From positions 306,563 to 347,042 of the forward strand of contig MU619249.1 of assembly GCA_025201805.1 (NCBI GenBank): a stretch of DNA of 40,480 nucleotides, written 5' to 3'. Of this stretch, positions 11,963-24,502 are shown in pieces. Under the pieces are notes generated by a model that worked only from the letters and a program-made list of their open reading frames with translations, was not told where the DNA came from and made no database searches. Both the position numbers and the translations under genes were made by a program. The number at the start of each line of letters is the position of its first letter. The stretch's first letter is position 1. Origin of the DNA: Parasitella parasitica NRRL 2501 (lineage: Eukaryota > Fungi > Mucoromycota).

Positions 11963-13540
11963 TTTGATTTTGAGAAAAGGTAGAAAGCAAAAAAAAAAAA
12001 AGAAATTTTGGTAACAGTCAATGTTTTAGAAGGTCAGCTTCCCTTTGGTTCATGGAAAACAGGAACAAAATGAAGGATCCTTTACATAATAGTATCAGCA
12101 TTTGAAAACGATGTATTCTGCTCTGGTGTCAAGGGAAAAATAGTGCGGTATAAATAACTAAAAGCTATGCTAAAGAGACATGAAGCATATAAATTAGGCG
12201 ATCAAATATCATTTTGATTTAATAAACTCAGGCATAATCGTAAATCAAAAAAACTCTACGCACTCTGTTAACAAAATTAATCGCCATCAATCTCCTTGAA
12301 ATATTTGATACATAGCTTTTTGCTGGGTTGCAGCACATTACAGGGCAAATATTGAGTTTAGCTTTGTATACGATAATAACATTTAGGGATTGCGAGTATT
12401 CGTAAATATATTCACTGCAAGTATTGCATTGACAGTATATTTTTATTGCAAACGAGAGACAGCATGACACAAAAGGGTTTTATTCCACTTGAAAAACCTC
12501 GAGTGTTGGGTTATCTCGGCCAGCTAAAAAAATAATAGTCTTTCACTTCAATGTGATACCGGTATGATCAGACACAATTCTCTGACTTACCTACAAAGCT
12601 TATACGGCCAAAGAAAATTGGCTTGAAGAAAAAATCCAAAAGTTAGTTTAAAGCGAAGATAAAGTACGTTTAGAACCACCAAAATAATCTGAACGTATAT
12701 AATTTTTAATCATAAATGTATAAAATAGTGTTCTCAAGCAAAATTGATTAGTTTTGAATGCACAATAATCAAACGCCCGTTTTTGAGGGCTTGCTATGTC
12801 AAAAATCAATTTAGAATAAATCTGCTAGAGAATTGCACTTTATTACGGATACATATCCAATTTATGTTGTATCTATTCTTATACAATATCGTTCTTGTTT
12901 TATCCATAGGATACCATGGTTACCACCATCTCAACATAGTTCTCATGGCGAGCGTTTCTGACCGGATCTAAGGTTAAATGTCACCAATTATGCTATAATA
13001 AATAGTAGTAATCAACAGAATGCCTTGCATAAGTAGCCATCTCTATTTTTTTAATGAATGATTCACATTTATAATGATTAGCTGAGTAAATATAGTGATA
13101 GGTCTCGCTCTGCCTACAACTTTGTTATAATCTTGTTTTACAAATAAATGTCTAACACAGTTTGGTTGTATTGTCTATTCTGGAGCGGAAGGTGCTTTAA
13201 TCAATGGCATTTTCTTTCACACGATATTCATTAAAAAGATATATTACATACTATCGTTAATGTGCGTTATTTTATCTGAGAATATAAAGAGCTTTTAGTC
13301 ATGCCATCGCAATTTTTATCTAGTTTTGTTTTTTGGTTGAAATAACATGTGTCATACAATCTACTCTATTAGTCTCTTTTCAACTGATAAAATGGTGTCT
13401 AGAATTAACTGTGGCGAATCGTCTGACGATTCAAAACCTTTGCTTGACTAATATCACCCACTTGGCCCTGGGTTTCAAAGAAAACATCAACCCAGTTTTC
13501 TTTTTCTAATTTCACTTATTACCCAAACTTTGGATACAAC

Positions 13541-13837
13541 ATGGACTCCAATATGCCTAAAAATTCGACTATTCGAGATACTTCAAAAATGAAAAAAGAA
13601 GATTGTTTACCTTGCAGACTCAGTGGTGGAGCAGTTGGATTGGGCACTGGCTATTTTTCCTTACGCAAGGCTATGCAACTTCAACGAGCAGGCGCTCACA
13701 ACCCTAATAAAGCCGTTGCTTTGGGTGTTACAGGTGTCAGTAAGTTTATCCAGGTAAAGTAGAAATTTCATGTGTTCTTATAAACTATCTCGTTAGTATT
13801 TACGTCTGCTGGATTATACCGTCTTTTCTTGTATTGA
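13541..13837 (+). CDS. Small DUF4536/DMAC1-like membrane protein, 2 exons
   Basis: EDCLPCRLSGGAVGLGTGYF motif; intron 13740-13796; exon 2 FTSAGLYRLFLY*. Confidence 0.7.
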
Positions 13838-13912
13838 TTTCATAAAGTTTTAATCATTAAAATTGGATACAATATTCACACACGCGCGTTTCTTTATTTT
13901 GTTTTTGTTTCT

Positions 13913-15292
13913 CTATTTCTTGTTCTTTCTCTTTTTACCAGAGGTAGAATTCTTTTTGCTTCCAGTGGTTTGTGCTACTGGTGTCTCTTCGATTTCCTCC
14001 TCCTCCTCTTCTTGTTCCAGTTCAATCTCTTCAATTTCAATTGTGCCTGTCGTGGGATCAGCAACAACTTCATCAATAATAGTTTGACTAAGCAAGGTGT
14101 TCTTTTTTTTGTCATTCTTCTTGCTTTTATCCTTCTCATCCTCTTCCTCGGTGGTGTAAGCGAACAAGTCTTTTAATTCGCCACGAACAACAGCAGTAAT
14201 TAAAACAGACAAGATACAGGCGGGACTAAGGTAAAGTAAAGCAGGCTGGGCAGCCTTGAAAACATGCATGACAACCATGGTTACACCCAGACCCAAAGTA
14301 TAAGCAATCATGTTGGCAGTAAAGTAAGGTTTTGAGAAATTTGTGGATCTAAACCGGCCAGAGGGATTGCGCTTCCAGGACATATGACGATCGAAGCGAA
14401 GACAAAGTGCAACAAAAATACCAGGAATGACGATATCACCTAAACCGAGCATAGTGAAGCGAGCACCCTCAGTTTGATTTAGTACAAAATCAATGATATC
14501 GCGAGGCCATAAAAGTTTGATAGGGGCATCAAAGTTGGTGGCAACTGATACCATCACAGGCGTGTAAAACACCCAAAAGATATCGTAAAAGAATAAACCA
14601 CTCAATAAAATCATACCAGTTTTGAATGAATCTAAAGAGAGCAGTTGGATGGCGTTGACAGAGAAAGAGAGACCGAAGATGTTGGAAGCGATCCAATTTT
14701 TGGTATAGCTGTAATAAGCTGTCAGCACAATCGAAGCGACCAAAAGGAATCCATGAACCACAGTGAAGCTGATATGGGAGAGGTCTGTTATAATCAAGTG
14801 TGATCGTGTGGATTAGTTTAAGCATATACCAAGAATGGGAGGGTGAAAGTACATACTCTTTGATCTCTTTGACAGGGTTACCTTATACCTGGCAACATGC
14901 TTTAGTAAAGCCATGGGAGTCACCTTCTTTGCAGCTATTAAAAATGTCTTTGTAACAGCAGCACATCCCATAATGGAGAAATAGCCAGTTAAGACGTAAT
15001 TGATATACTTCTTGTCAAGGTAACGGAAAGCAAGGTACATGCTAAAGAGGACACACGAACCAATGATAGGGAATAAATAGGCATCGCCTCTTGAGAGACT
15101 TTCAGAAACGGATTCGTCTTCGTCTTCAGAATCTTCAAGGGGATTGTCTGATTTCTTGGCCTTGGGCGCGTTGGAAGGTCTCTTCATGCCTTTAAGTGAG
15201 CCGATAGATCCAGCATATATAGGCAAAACTGCCATAGTAATTATTGCGCCATAGGCAATATACATACCAAGCTCCTTTGTACTTGACTCCAT
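13913..15292 (-). CDS. HM13: Signal peptide peptidase (GxGD intramembrane aspartyl protease, SPP/HM13/Ypf1 type), 2 exons
   Basis: Catalytic motifs LFFYDIFWVF and MLGLGDIVIPG, QPALLYL motif, multiple TM segments, Lys-rich C-terminus. Confidence 0.95.
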
Positions 15293-15809
15293 GATAGATG
15301 AAAGAAAAGAAAAAGGTGAATGAAAAGAAGTTAAAAATGCATCTTTACTTATAAAGCAGTGAAATTAAGGAGCAACTGAACCCAACGTTCTCAATTGTTA
15401 TTGGCTCCTATTAATCTTGGATGATGAAAAGTAAGCTTATTTCAAAAGGCATTAACAAGGCGACGATCAATTCCACATGCATTACGTTGATCTACTCTAT
15501 AGATATCTGCACCTTCATATTCGACTGATTGGAATCATGGCATGTCCTATTTCACAGTCTGTTGACATTTGTAGATATGTGTCACCTGGTACTGCCGTCT
15601 ACCCATTTGATTCTCAATCTGAGCTATCATATTTACCTTGAACTAAATTCAATTGAATAATCTTGGTGAGGTATCAATAAGTTTTTAGAAAAAGAATTGT
15701 TGATAGTGAGAATTAGCATCTATTAACAGCTTTGTTGGGACAATAAGGAAGGGGAGTATAGAGAAAGGAAGTAAATGTGGTATACATCTATATACATGTA
15801 GAGGAAATG

Positions 15810-16600
15810 CTCAAATTTCTTCGTTAAATGGGTGACGACCCACAGTGCTGCAGATGTGAACATTGTAGAACGAGCCATTAGCCATAGCAACCCAACCATA
15901 TTTGTCAGGCAAGGCGGACTCCAGGTCGGTGCGCCGAGGGAAGCCGGTGCAGATGGCATGGAGGGTGTTTTTGTAGTGTCAAACAAGCCGACAGGAAGCA
16001 CAGCTAGTGACACTTTGTCTCGGGGCGTGAAAGGTCGTTCGCGTGTTCGCGTGGATGGCAGGCAAAAGTTGGCACCAAGGTAATTATTTGGGTCAACTTA
16101 GCGGCTCATAGCCAAATCCTTGCGACAATCCATCAAATCCATGGACTTTTTGATCATAGGGGCATTTCATCCCAAATTGAACACCATGGAAACGAGCGTA
16201 ACAAACTTCTTTTTGTATGCCTGTTGCGATGCCAAGTTTCTTGGAAAGAGGATTCTCGATTCATGTAAGGACCAGCATTGGCAAGATGAACTGTGCTGGC
16301 ATGTGCAACAAAACCATTGGTGTGCATATGGCGTTTCAAAGATGTGCTGCTGAGTGGCGTTAAGATTGTATTTGGCTTCGCAAATGCCATGGCACAATTT
16401 GGTTGAGTTGCCCGCCTATGCAGCTTCGAGGGCAAGTAGATTGTGTTCATTTTGGCGCGTATCAAACAACAGCCGCAAGGTCACTTTGAAATCAACTCGA
16501 GCGTCAATGTAGGAGCGCTTGCGGTCCACAATACACCCTGAGCTGGGCTGGACTCTCAGACAGCCGTGTCTTTGTGTTTGTGGTTTGGAATATTATCCAT
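15810..16600 (-). pseudogene. Degenerate coding-like segment of unknown family
   Basis: GC-richer than flanks; protein-like pieces in shifting frames broken by stops (HGCLRVQPSSGCIVDRKRSYIDARVDFK; HYKNTLHAICTGFPRRTDLESALPDKYGWVAMANGSFYNVHICSTVGRHPFNEEI*). Confidence 0.35.
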
Positions 16601-17638
16601 GACGATTAGAAATTATTAAATTACTCGTATCTGTTCATAAAATCAAGCGTGCTTGCAATAAAGTTAAATGTGGTATTGTAACGTAGTGGAAATACGACAT
16701 GTCAGTTGGCGACGAAGGACATTCCTTTTTGGAACCAGATGTGTGTATGGGTTGTTAAAGGGAGAGGACCCCGTAGCAATGAGCGGCGAAGGGACAGAGC
16801 TTAGAAACAAACCATACAAAAGCCTTCCATTTTCCTTCTGTGCCTCATAGCTTCCATCTCTAAGCGAGGGATTAATACTCATGCAAGGCCGCACAAGTGA
16901 ACGAAAAGATGAAAGAAAACAATTCTCCAACAATCCAGCGAACAAAAAGTTGCCCACAACCCACTGACACTCTTTCTTTCTTTCGTCAGGTTTTGTTATT
17001 TGTTATTTGTTGGGTGTATAGAGATCATCAACCCGAAAGTATGTTCAAGTAATTCAAGCCTATTTTATTTTTTAGAATACTGAATCAATCCAACAGAATG
17101 GTGGTGGGCTTTCCCACAACCTCTGAAATAGCGGCTCATGCCAACATCAAGGTATAGCATCATTAGAGAATGATCATTTATGCATGAGCACATTGTGCAG
17201 AAAAGGCTGGAGTTTTTAACACCCAGTTGACGAAGAAGCCTGAACATTTCCTTCACATGTATATTTAAACAACATCTACTTCTCTTCCCCATTGTCCCAA
17301 GAAAAAGCTTAATGACACCTGGCCAGGATTGCTCAATTGATATCATTTCAGGGGAAAGAGAACAGTCTTTTTACGCCTGTTCATTTGCAACGACGACTTG
17401 TCCATCCTCATAGAAAAATCTGTTTGGCACTTTGTAGCTCTCAAGAAAGCGAAACAGTGAACAGTTACTTTAGGCGCTTGGTGATGACAATCAATCTGGC
17501 AATCCCCGGCAATTCCGGACTAGCTTAAACCAACAGATTACCTGACTGTGCCAAATGATCAACGTGGAAACGCGTTTGTTAAAAATGTTTTTCTTCTGCT
17601 TTTTTTTCTTGTTGAAATCTTAATAAAAGTACTTGACT

Positions 17639-18619
17639 ATGATGGCTTCATACAACAATCACTCGGGAGGTTACATAGATAATTCTTTTGATAACTCCAA
17701 CAGCAACGCAAGCACAGGTTATGCCAAGGTAAGTATTGATTAGATCATCTTCCAGGCTGATGATTGAGTTTTTATAGAAACCTCTTGGTGAACAAACCAT
17801 GCGACCTTTGACAGTAAAGCAAATCAGAACCGCCGCTTCTCCTCAAGAAGGTACAATCAAGGTTGACAACTCGAATGTTACTCAGGTAGTCCGCAGCAGG
17901 TTAATATATTGAGTTTGTACTGAAGCCTAACCTCCATAGATAACATTTGTTGGTGTGATTCGTAACATTCAAGAATTAACAACAAATTATGTATACACTA
18001 TTGAGGATGGGACAGGAGCAATTGATGTGAGAAAATGGATTGAGCCAAGCGAGACACCAGAGGAGGCAGATGCTCGGCGTACATTATTGTAGGTCTATAT
18101 GGCGTAGTAAAAGAATCGCTCTGTTGACATGTTTGTTAGGGTGGATACATATGTTCGTGTTAATGGTAGATTAAACAGCTATAATAATCGCATTTCCGTT
18201 GTTGCCCATTCTATGCGTCCTGTCACGGATTTCAATGAAATTAACTACCATTTCCTTGATGCTATCCAAACACATTTCCTATTCGTCAAGCCTGGTTCAA
18301 GTGCTCATTTTCGTAGAGTAAGATTACCAGAAAGCTAGTTTTTTATTTATTTATTTATGATGATCTAACCTTTGACTAATAGAATGATGCTATGCAAATT
18401 GATGGCTCTAACGATTCGAACAGTATCAGCGATCTAGTCAGTCAAGCTATCAAAGAATACGATAACTCTCCTGAAGGTGCTAGTATTGAAAAAATCATTC
18501 AAAAATTTCAAGGATTGCATACGGAATCAGAAATCAGAGATACTATTGAGTTTCTTATGGATGATGGACAGTGCTACAGTACAATTGATCCTGATCATTT
18601 GAAGTCATGTCTTTCATAA
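17639..18619 (+). CDS. RPA2: Replication protein A 32-kDa subunit, multi-exon
   Basis: QTMRPLTVKQI, ITFVGVIRNI...YTIEDGTGAIDVRKW, YVRVNGRL...MRPVTDFNEINYHFLDAI (OB fold); winged-helix C-terminus FLMDDGQCYSTIDPDHLKS. Confidence 0.93.
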
Positions 18620-18763
18620 ATCATTTGAAACTAAATAAAACCTATGCATTTGTACCTTGTTATGTGGCTATTTCTATTCAAGGGGATGTAATTTGTAAAT
18701 AAAATCCAACTGTGTTGTTTTTATTCTCCTCGTTTTCTTTCTTTCTTTTTTTAACCAGACAAA

Positions 18764-19121
18764 ATGCCCAAGCTTGAAAAAATGAGCTCTGAGGAGCACA
18801 TCAATATAAGCAAAAAGATGTTTTATGGCGGGTTTGCGTTTCTGCCGCTGTTATGGCTTGTTAATTTCATATATTTCTTTGATACTATCCGACAGCCCAA
18901 TGCAGCGAAGGAATTGAAAAAATGTGAGTATATACAAATTCAATAACAAATCAAGATTTGAATTTGAACCCGAACGACATGTAGATGTGTATTTTTCGTT
19001 TGGTGGCTGCATTGCTTGGTTTATTGTACTCACAACTTGGTACGGTCTGTTTGTTAACAAGCGAATATCGTGGGGTGAAGGAGCAGATCATATTACAGTC
19101 GTTATACCCAAAGGTTTTTAG
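18764..19121 (+). CDS. PSENEN: Gamma-secretase subunit PEN-2 (presenilin enhancer 2), 2 exons
   Basis: MPKLEKMSSEEHINISKKMFYGGFAFLPLLWLVNFIYFF matches the PEN-2 N-terminal pattern; C-terminus RISWGEGADHITVVIPKGF resembles the WG..GDYLSF.IP.G tail; intron 18924-18985. Confidence 0.9.
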
Positions 19122-19205
19122 TTGTACATATATAGCAAAGCCTTCTAGTATAATTTATTGCGAATTGCTGATTGATAAGTCATTAAAATTTATGGTTCCA
19201 GGTGA

Positions 19206-19220
19206 NNNNNNNNNNNNNNN
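19206..19220. other. Assembly gap (15 N)
   Basis: Run of n characters. Confidence 0.99.
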
Positions 19221-19745
19221 AAAGACAATGATTCGCATTGTGGGATTAGCAAGCACATTGATGAACACTGAAGAATTCATGGACATTTACATGTCTCAAC
19301 AATAAAGACTTTGCATCAGTGTATAGACATAAAATGGCGCTTTTGAACTTTTTGTAAATTAAGCTCAAAACAATGATAACTTTTGTGATCAACAGTGTTT
19401 GCTTAAAGTTTCATTTTTTATATCTATCAAATTCAATGCTTGCCAATTTTTAAAAAGTAAAAATAAAAAGGGGCAAAAAAAGGCACATGAGAATGCTTGT
19501 TGCCACTAGAAACATCGAGTATATTTGGAGCAGCATGATGACGTTCAATTTCAATGTATACATGGTGCAATTGCTATAATACTACATGGATAGTGTTCGC
19601 TACTTGAATCAGAAAAGGTGGCAAGTCTATAATGAATGCCAGTTCCCACCATATACCGTCTATAATGAAAAAGCAAGGGCTTCAATATTCAGCTGTAAAC
19701 ATAAAATCCCATAACATATGATTGTTACACCACTTGAGCCTGCTT

Positions 19746-19786
19746 TTATCTATTTGATAGTACAGTATTCTTATCTCGCTTGATAG
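19746..19786. promoter_or_regulatory. Cluster of four HGATAR (GATA) boxes upstream of the XanA-like gene
   Basis: TTATCT 19746-19751, TGATAG 19755-19760, TTATCT 19771-19776, TGATAG 19781-19786, arranged as two repeated pairs. Confidence 0.5.
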
Positions 19787-20167
19787 TATAGCAGGTTGAA
19801 ACAATTCCTGCTAATCTCAACATTTGTTGCGCATTTTGTGGCTAGAAGCGATCGACTAAACTAGCTTGATTCTATCTTTAGTTGCCTATGGCATCTGGCT
19901 GAGTAACATCATAGACACGCTTTGCATGTGGGATAATGGTATTATACTCACTCCTTTTTGTTTGTAGATGGTATTTTTGGTTGTAATCGGATGGCCATTG
20001 GCTAGCTGTTCTACACCTTCTGATCTATACTCAGTATAAGCACCATTGGAAATGCATGAACTCCGATTCATCAAAGAGAAAAAAGTATATAAAAAAGAGC
20101 CAACTTGCTCTTGTATCAGCTTCTCTCTTGTCTTTTTCGTTATCTCACAGAAATAAACGTTTACATA

Positions 20168-21560
20168 ATGACTTTTACTTTGCAGCCTTTTGTCCCCAAT
20201 GCCAAGCAATCTGGTGTTGATTTCGGTGCTATTATCGAAGATCTTGATTTGGAAACCATCTCTCGTATGTATATTGCTCACACGTTGCAAATGGTTCTTT
20301 CTTAACTGATATACATGATTGTAGCCGAGGATTTTGACAAACTATATGAAGCTGTCTACACACATCAAGTCGTAGTTGTCCGAAACTCTGGCCATGTTAC
20401 ACCTCAGACGCAATATGAGCTTACCAAACGCTTCGATCCTCAGAACATTGATCTCTACGGCCATGGTTCTATGCATCGTGCAAGCGAGTCGGTTATTTCG
20501 CGCGACATCTCCCCTTTACCTGAAGTGCCTCAAGTCCAATTGTTGGGCCACGGCGTGGTTAGAAACCATTATGGTATTGAAGAGCGTAAATTAACACATC
20601 CTAGCCATAAAGTGTTCCATAAAGACTGTTTAACAGACGAACAGATGAAGAGAGGTGAAACACGTTTTTATCGCTGGCATATGGATGCTGCTCTCTACAA
20701 ATTGAATCCTCCAAAGGTCACTACCTTGTTTGGCATAAAGAATCCTGTAGGAATCAACCGCTCTGTTTCTGCATGAATTCGCATTTACTCAAATATTACC
20801 AAAATAGGAACCTAGACGTGAGATTGTTCGTTATGATGACGGTACAGATGACCAACTCGAGGTACAATTGGGTACCACAGCCTGTAAGTGACATGCTTGT
20901 GTTTGCCTTGGTGCAAAAATTCAATCAGTACTTTTACGCTAGTTATTTCTGGTCAAAGAGCCTTTGAAATTCTGCCCCAACATCTTAAAGAAAAGGCATT
21001 CAAAACTCAAGTCAAATACGCTGCACACCCTTATTTGTGGATGTCCAAAGCCGCATCTCGCAGCACAGGTTTGGGCATGGTATCGGAAGGCAAGGAGCTC
21101 ACTAAAGAAGAGTTGCCTGACATTGATCCAGAGGATGTGAAGATATATCCTATGGTAAGTCAGTTTATTACGTTGTATAATGTGTTCTAATGCCAATTGC
21201 ACATGCATGTAGCTATGGAAAAATCCTGTTACAGGCAAGATACATCTTCAAGTCCATCCGGCAGCAGTGGAAGATTTGATCATTGATGGCAAGCCTGTGG
21301 GCGATTTGGAAAAAGTTAGAGGTATCCTTTACGAGTTCCAACGCCCTTCCATCAGCCCTGAAAATGTCTTTGCTCACGAATGGAAGGATGGGGATTTTGT
21401 CATCTTCCACAACCGTGGCGTTCTTCATTCTGTGGTTGGATCTTTGAGAGACACGGACTCTCGTATCTTTCATCAGTGTAATATTGCAAGTGCCGATGCC
21501 CCTATCCCTGTTACAGAAGCTGATTTCGCCCCTTACTTGACTGTAAAATCTTCTGCTTGA
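20168..21560 (+). CDS. xanA: TauD/TfdA-family Fe(II)/alpha-ketoglutarate dioxygenase, XanA (xanthine dioxygenase)-like, multi-exon
   Basis: QYELTKRFDP, PQVQLLGHG, LTHPSHKVFH, TRFYRWHMDAALYKLNPPKVTTL (HxD), HEWKDGDFVIFHNRGVLHSVVG (distal His), RIFHQCNIAS. Confidence 0.85.
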
Positions 21561-23163
21561 AAATAAATACAAATAAATGGTAAACAATACTGTATTGCAT
21601 TCGAATCCTGTCCTTATATTCTTGTGCCTGATTTACTATGATTGTCATTAAAATTTGCTTACATCATACATTTGAATTTTTTACAATGAGTTGAGCCCTG
21701 CATTTGTACCGGTAAATAAAGAAATAGAGATTCATTATAAATAGTCAACAACACTGCATGCGACCCATTACCAACCTTAAACTTTACGCCAAGTCAAGGC
21801 TACTGCTGCCAATTCGAAAGGACATAATTCTTTTCAATAAAACAATAAAATTACTTTAATATATCCATGATTAGTTCGATCTGATATCCCTTGTGTGTGA
21901 TGGATAGAATTTTGTAAGGACTTTACAAGTATTTCGATGTTATGAGTTGTTGATTGACCAAACTTCAGATCTGACTAGATGATGCGTTTGGTTTACCAAG
22001 AATCTGGTTGGTATGTATAGAGAGGATATACAGTCTTTTGGGTCTCATACCTCAGTTATAATAAATGCAATTGTTAATCTGTTATTAATAGCTATGTATG
22101 TCTACGTATAGTTCACATATTTGTCTGACTAGAAAAATGCCATAATTCAGGGTAAACGAACTATTTTCTTAGTAAGGCTGTACGGTAGCAATCATCAGTG
22201 ACATTGCCTAATAGTCTTGCGCTGCCAGCCAATGATTATGTGTAACTATTTGCCTGTATTATGGGATTATCAGAAGGCCTTTAATGGATATAATTACAAC
22301 TTGCGGCTCAAAGTATGGCTTGATAATAATAAGCATCCGCTGATTTGGGGCTCGAAAATAATAATAATAACAATACTAAACCATTTTTCGTATATGATGC
22401 AGAGAATACTTTCATGGTTCTAGAATTGGAAGCGTATGATAAATACATATCATTGTGCCTTGTGATATAAAACGTTATATTTACCAACATTTTTAATCGC
22501 AATCACATGCCTTGTAGAAAAGCATTTTTAATAGTAGAAAATGGGTTTACAGCATCATATGCAAGCCTGTTTTATGGCATATGAACATATTATAGGCTAC
22601 CGACAATTTTACGCCCATCGTATACTATATGACCATACTGCTGCTGTGTCCCCAACATTTCCCCTTCCTTATATACAAAAAAGGCCCCTCCTGAATTGCT
22701 CTTGTTGATCTGTCCGTTCACCTCCGTTATCATTTCCCAAAGTCTGGCCCTTTTAAGTCTCTTCTATATAAATAAACCGCTGTATTATAGTTTTATTTTG
22801 CATGCCAAACCAGAGCTTTCCTGTCCATCGATACATATTATTTGCATTATGAATGTTGTAACGTTACGAGAAAAATAGGAGGACGAACGTTCTGTTTTGT
22901 ATTTTAATTCTTCAATCGATCATCTATGTTGCTTTTTATAAGCTTAAAGAGATGATCCCTTCCCCCCCAAACAACAGGTTGTACAAATCAGCGAAAATAT
23001 TGAAGAGTGTATCACTCGTCATTAGATGCAACCATTTCACCATCTAAGAAAAAAAGAATATAAATATATGAGCTGCAATCGTTTAAATCTTTTCCTTCTC
23101 TTCCCTCCCTCTCTCTCTTTTCTTGCCGTTTTCTATATAACGTTTAACACTTTCTACAGCAAA

Positions 23164-23453
23164 ATGCAACAACACAATCAAACATATTACCAACCGCTAT
23201 TATTCTGCAATGAGCCTCAGTCAGTTAATTACGATGGTGTGAATCCCCATTTCAATGCTCATGTACCTGTCAATCACAATCACATCAAGAATTATGATGA
23301 CAATTTCTTGCAACAGCCTCTCTTGTCAAATGTGTTGCCTTTACACAATAATTCTTACGATCTCATGTTTGATTACTCTACGCTGAACTTACTCGATACA
23401 CCTTTTCATGCAACTAATGATAATCTATTATTAACTTCTATTAATGGCCCTAT

Positions 23454-23490
<37 letters not shown>

Positions 23491-24279
23491 GCAACAGCAA
23501 CAACAACAAACAATCATCGTGCGACCACAGCCGCTGTATCTACACCTTCATCTGCATCCAGTTGCAGCTATTGTGAAGGGAGCAGTCCTCATACTCACTT
23601 TGCGTACGGCTCAAACGTACTGCCATCTTATAACAGCAATGAAGATCCGGTTTGGGGACATTGTCTTGAAAAGAAACGTGGTAGAAAAAGAAAGAGTCTT
23701 GTTGACGCCAAAAGAAAAAGAGGCCATCTCCACAACTTGCAAACACCTAGTTCATCTTCTGCTGCCAAAGGAAACGGATCTACCCGTTGTACAAATTGCC
23801 GCACTGGCAATACACCTTTGTGGCGAAGAAGTCCTCAAGGTCAACCCCTTTGCAATGCTTGTGGATTATTTCTAAAGTTACACGGCACGGTTAGACCACT
23901 TAGTCTCAAGACGGACATTATCAAAAAGCGTAATCGAACTGGGTCTCAGAAAGAGAGTACTGCCGCTGTTTCTGAAGAGGATGACAAGCTTCAAAAGTCA
24001 TCTAAGCAGCGTCGCCAGGCAAGCGCAAAACACAAGCAAGACACAGACTCTGTAGCATCTTCTTCATCCTTGTCGTCCTTTTCCGAATTGCATGAAGATG
24101 ACGAATACTCGTACAACAACGCCGTGGCCCAAAAGCCATCCGAACAAGACCAGCTACTGCTAGTTGACAACATGCTCTTTGGAAGTGATGAAAATAACAT
24201 TGATTCCTTTATTCGTAACACTACTAACAGTGAGTTCAACTACTCTGCCATCAGCCCAGCATATGATTTTTTTTTGTAA
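23164..24279 (+). CDS. GATA zinc-finger transcription factor (AreA/Gat1-like DNA-binding domain)
   Basis: [50 protein letters not shown] (C-x2-C-x17-C-x2-C); likely start ATG 23164, upstream in-frame ATG at 23026. Confidence 0.92.
23454..23510 (+). repeat. (ACA)n microsatellite encoding a poly-Thr tract in the GATA factor
   Basis: acaacaaca... run with gca interruptions. Confidence 0.95.
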
Positions 24280-24502
24280 AACCCATCCACATATATCTAC
24301 GCATACACCACTGTACAAAGTTAATTTCCTTCTTTACATATTTAATTGCACTCATTCCAGTCTTGAATCACTTATAAAAACCATTTTTTAATTATTTGAA
24401 TAAAATATAAATATACTTTTTATTTTTATTTATTTAAGGTTTGCTCCTAAATAGCATCATGTAATAAACAATGGAAATGATATACATATGACACCCCTCT
24501 TT

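Noticed and set aside
12000-13500. Short ORFs 12228-12470 and 12744-12971
   Set aside because: Non-ATG starts, AT-rich, no recognisable motifs; treated as intergenic
13913-15292. GxGD protease as presenilin partner of PEN-2
   Set aside because: FYDIFWVF, LGLGDIVIPG and QPALLYL contexts are SPP-type, not presenilin-type
18985-19305. ORF spanning the N gap
   Set aside because: Artefact of translating through Ns and overlapping the PEN-2 exon in another frame
21595-21615. TTCGAATCC resembling a tRNA T-loop
   Set aside because: No cloverleaf stems around it; lies in the 3' region of the dioxygenase gene
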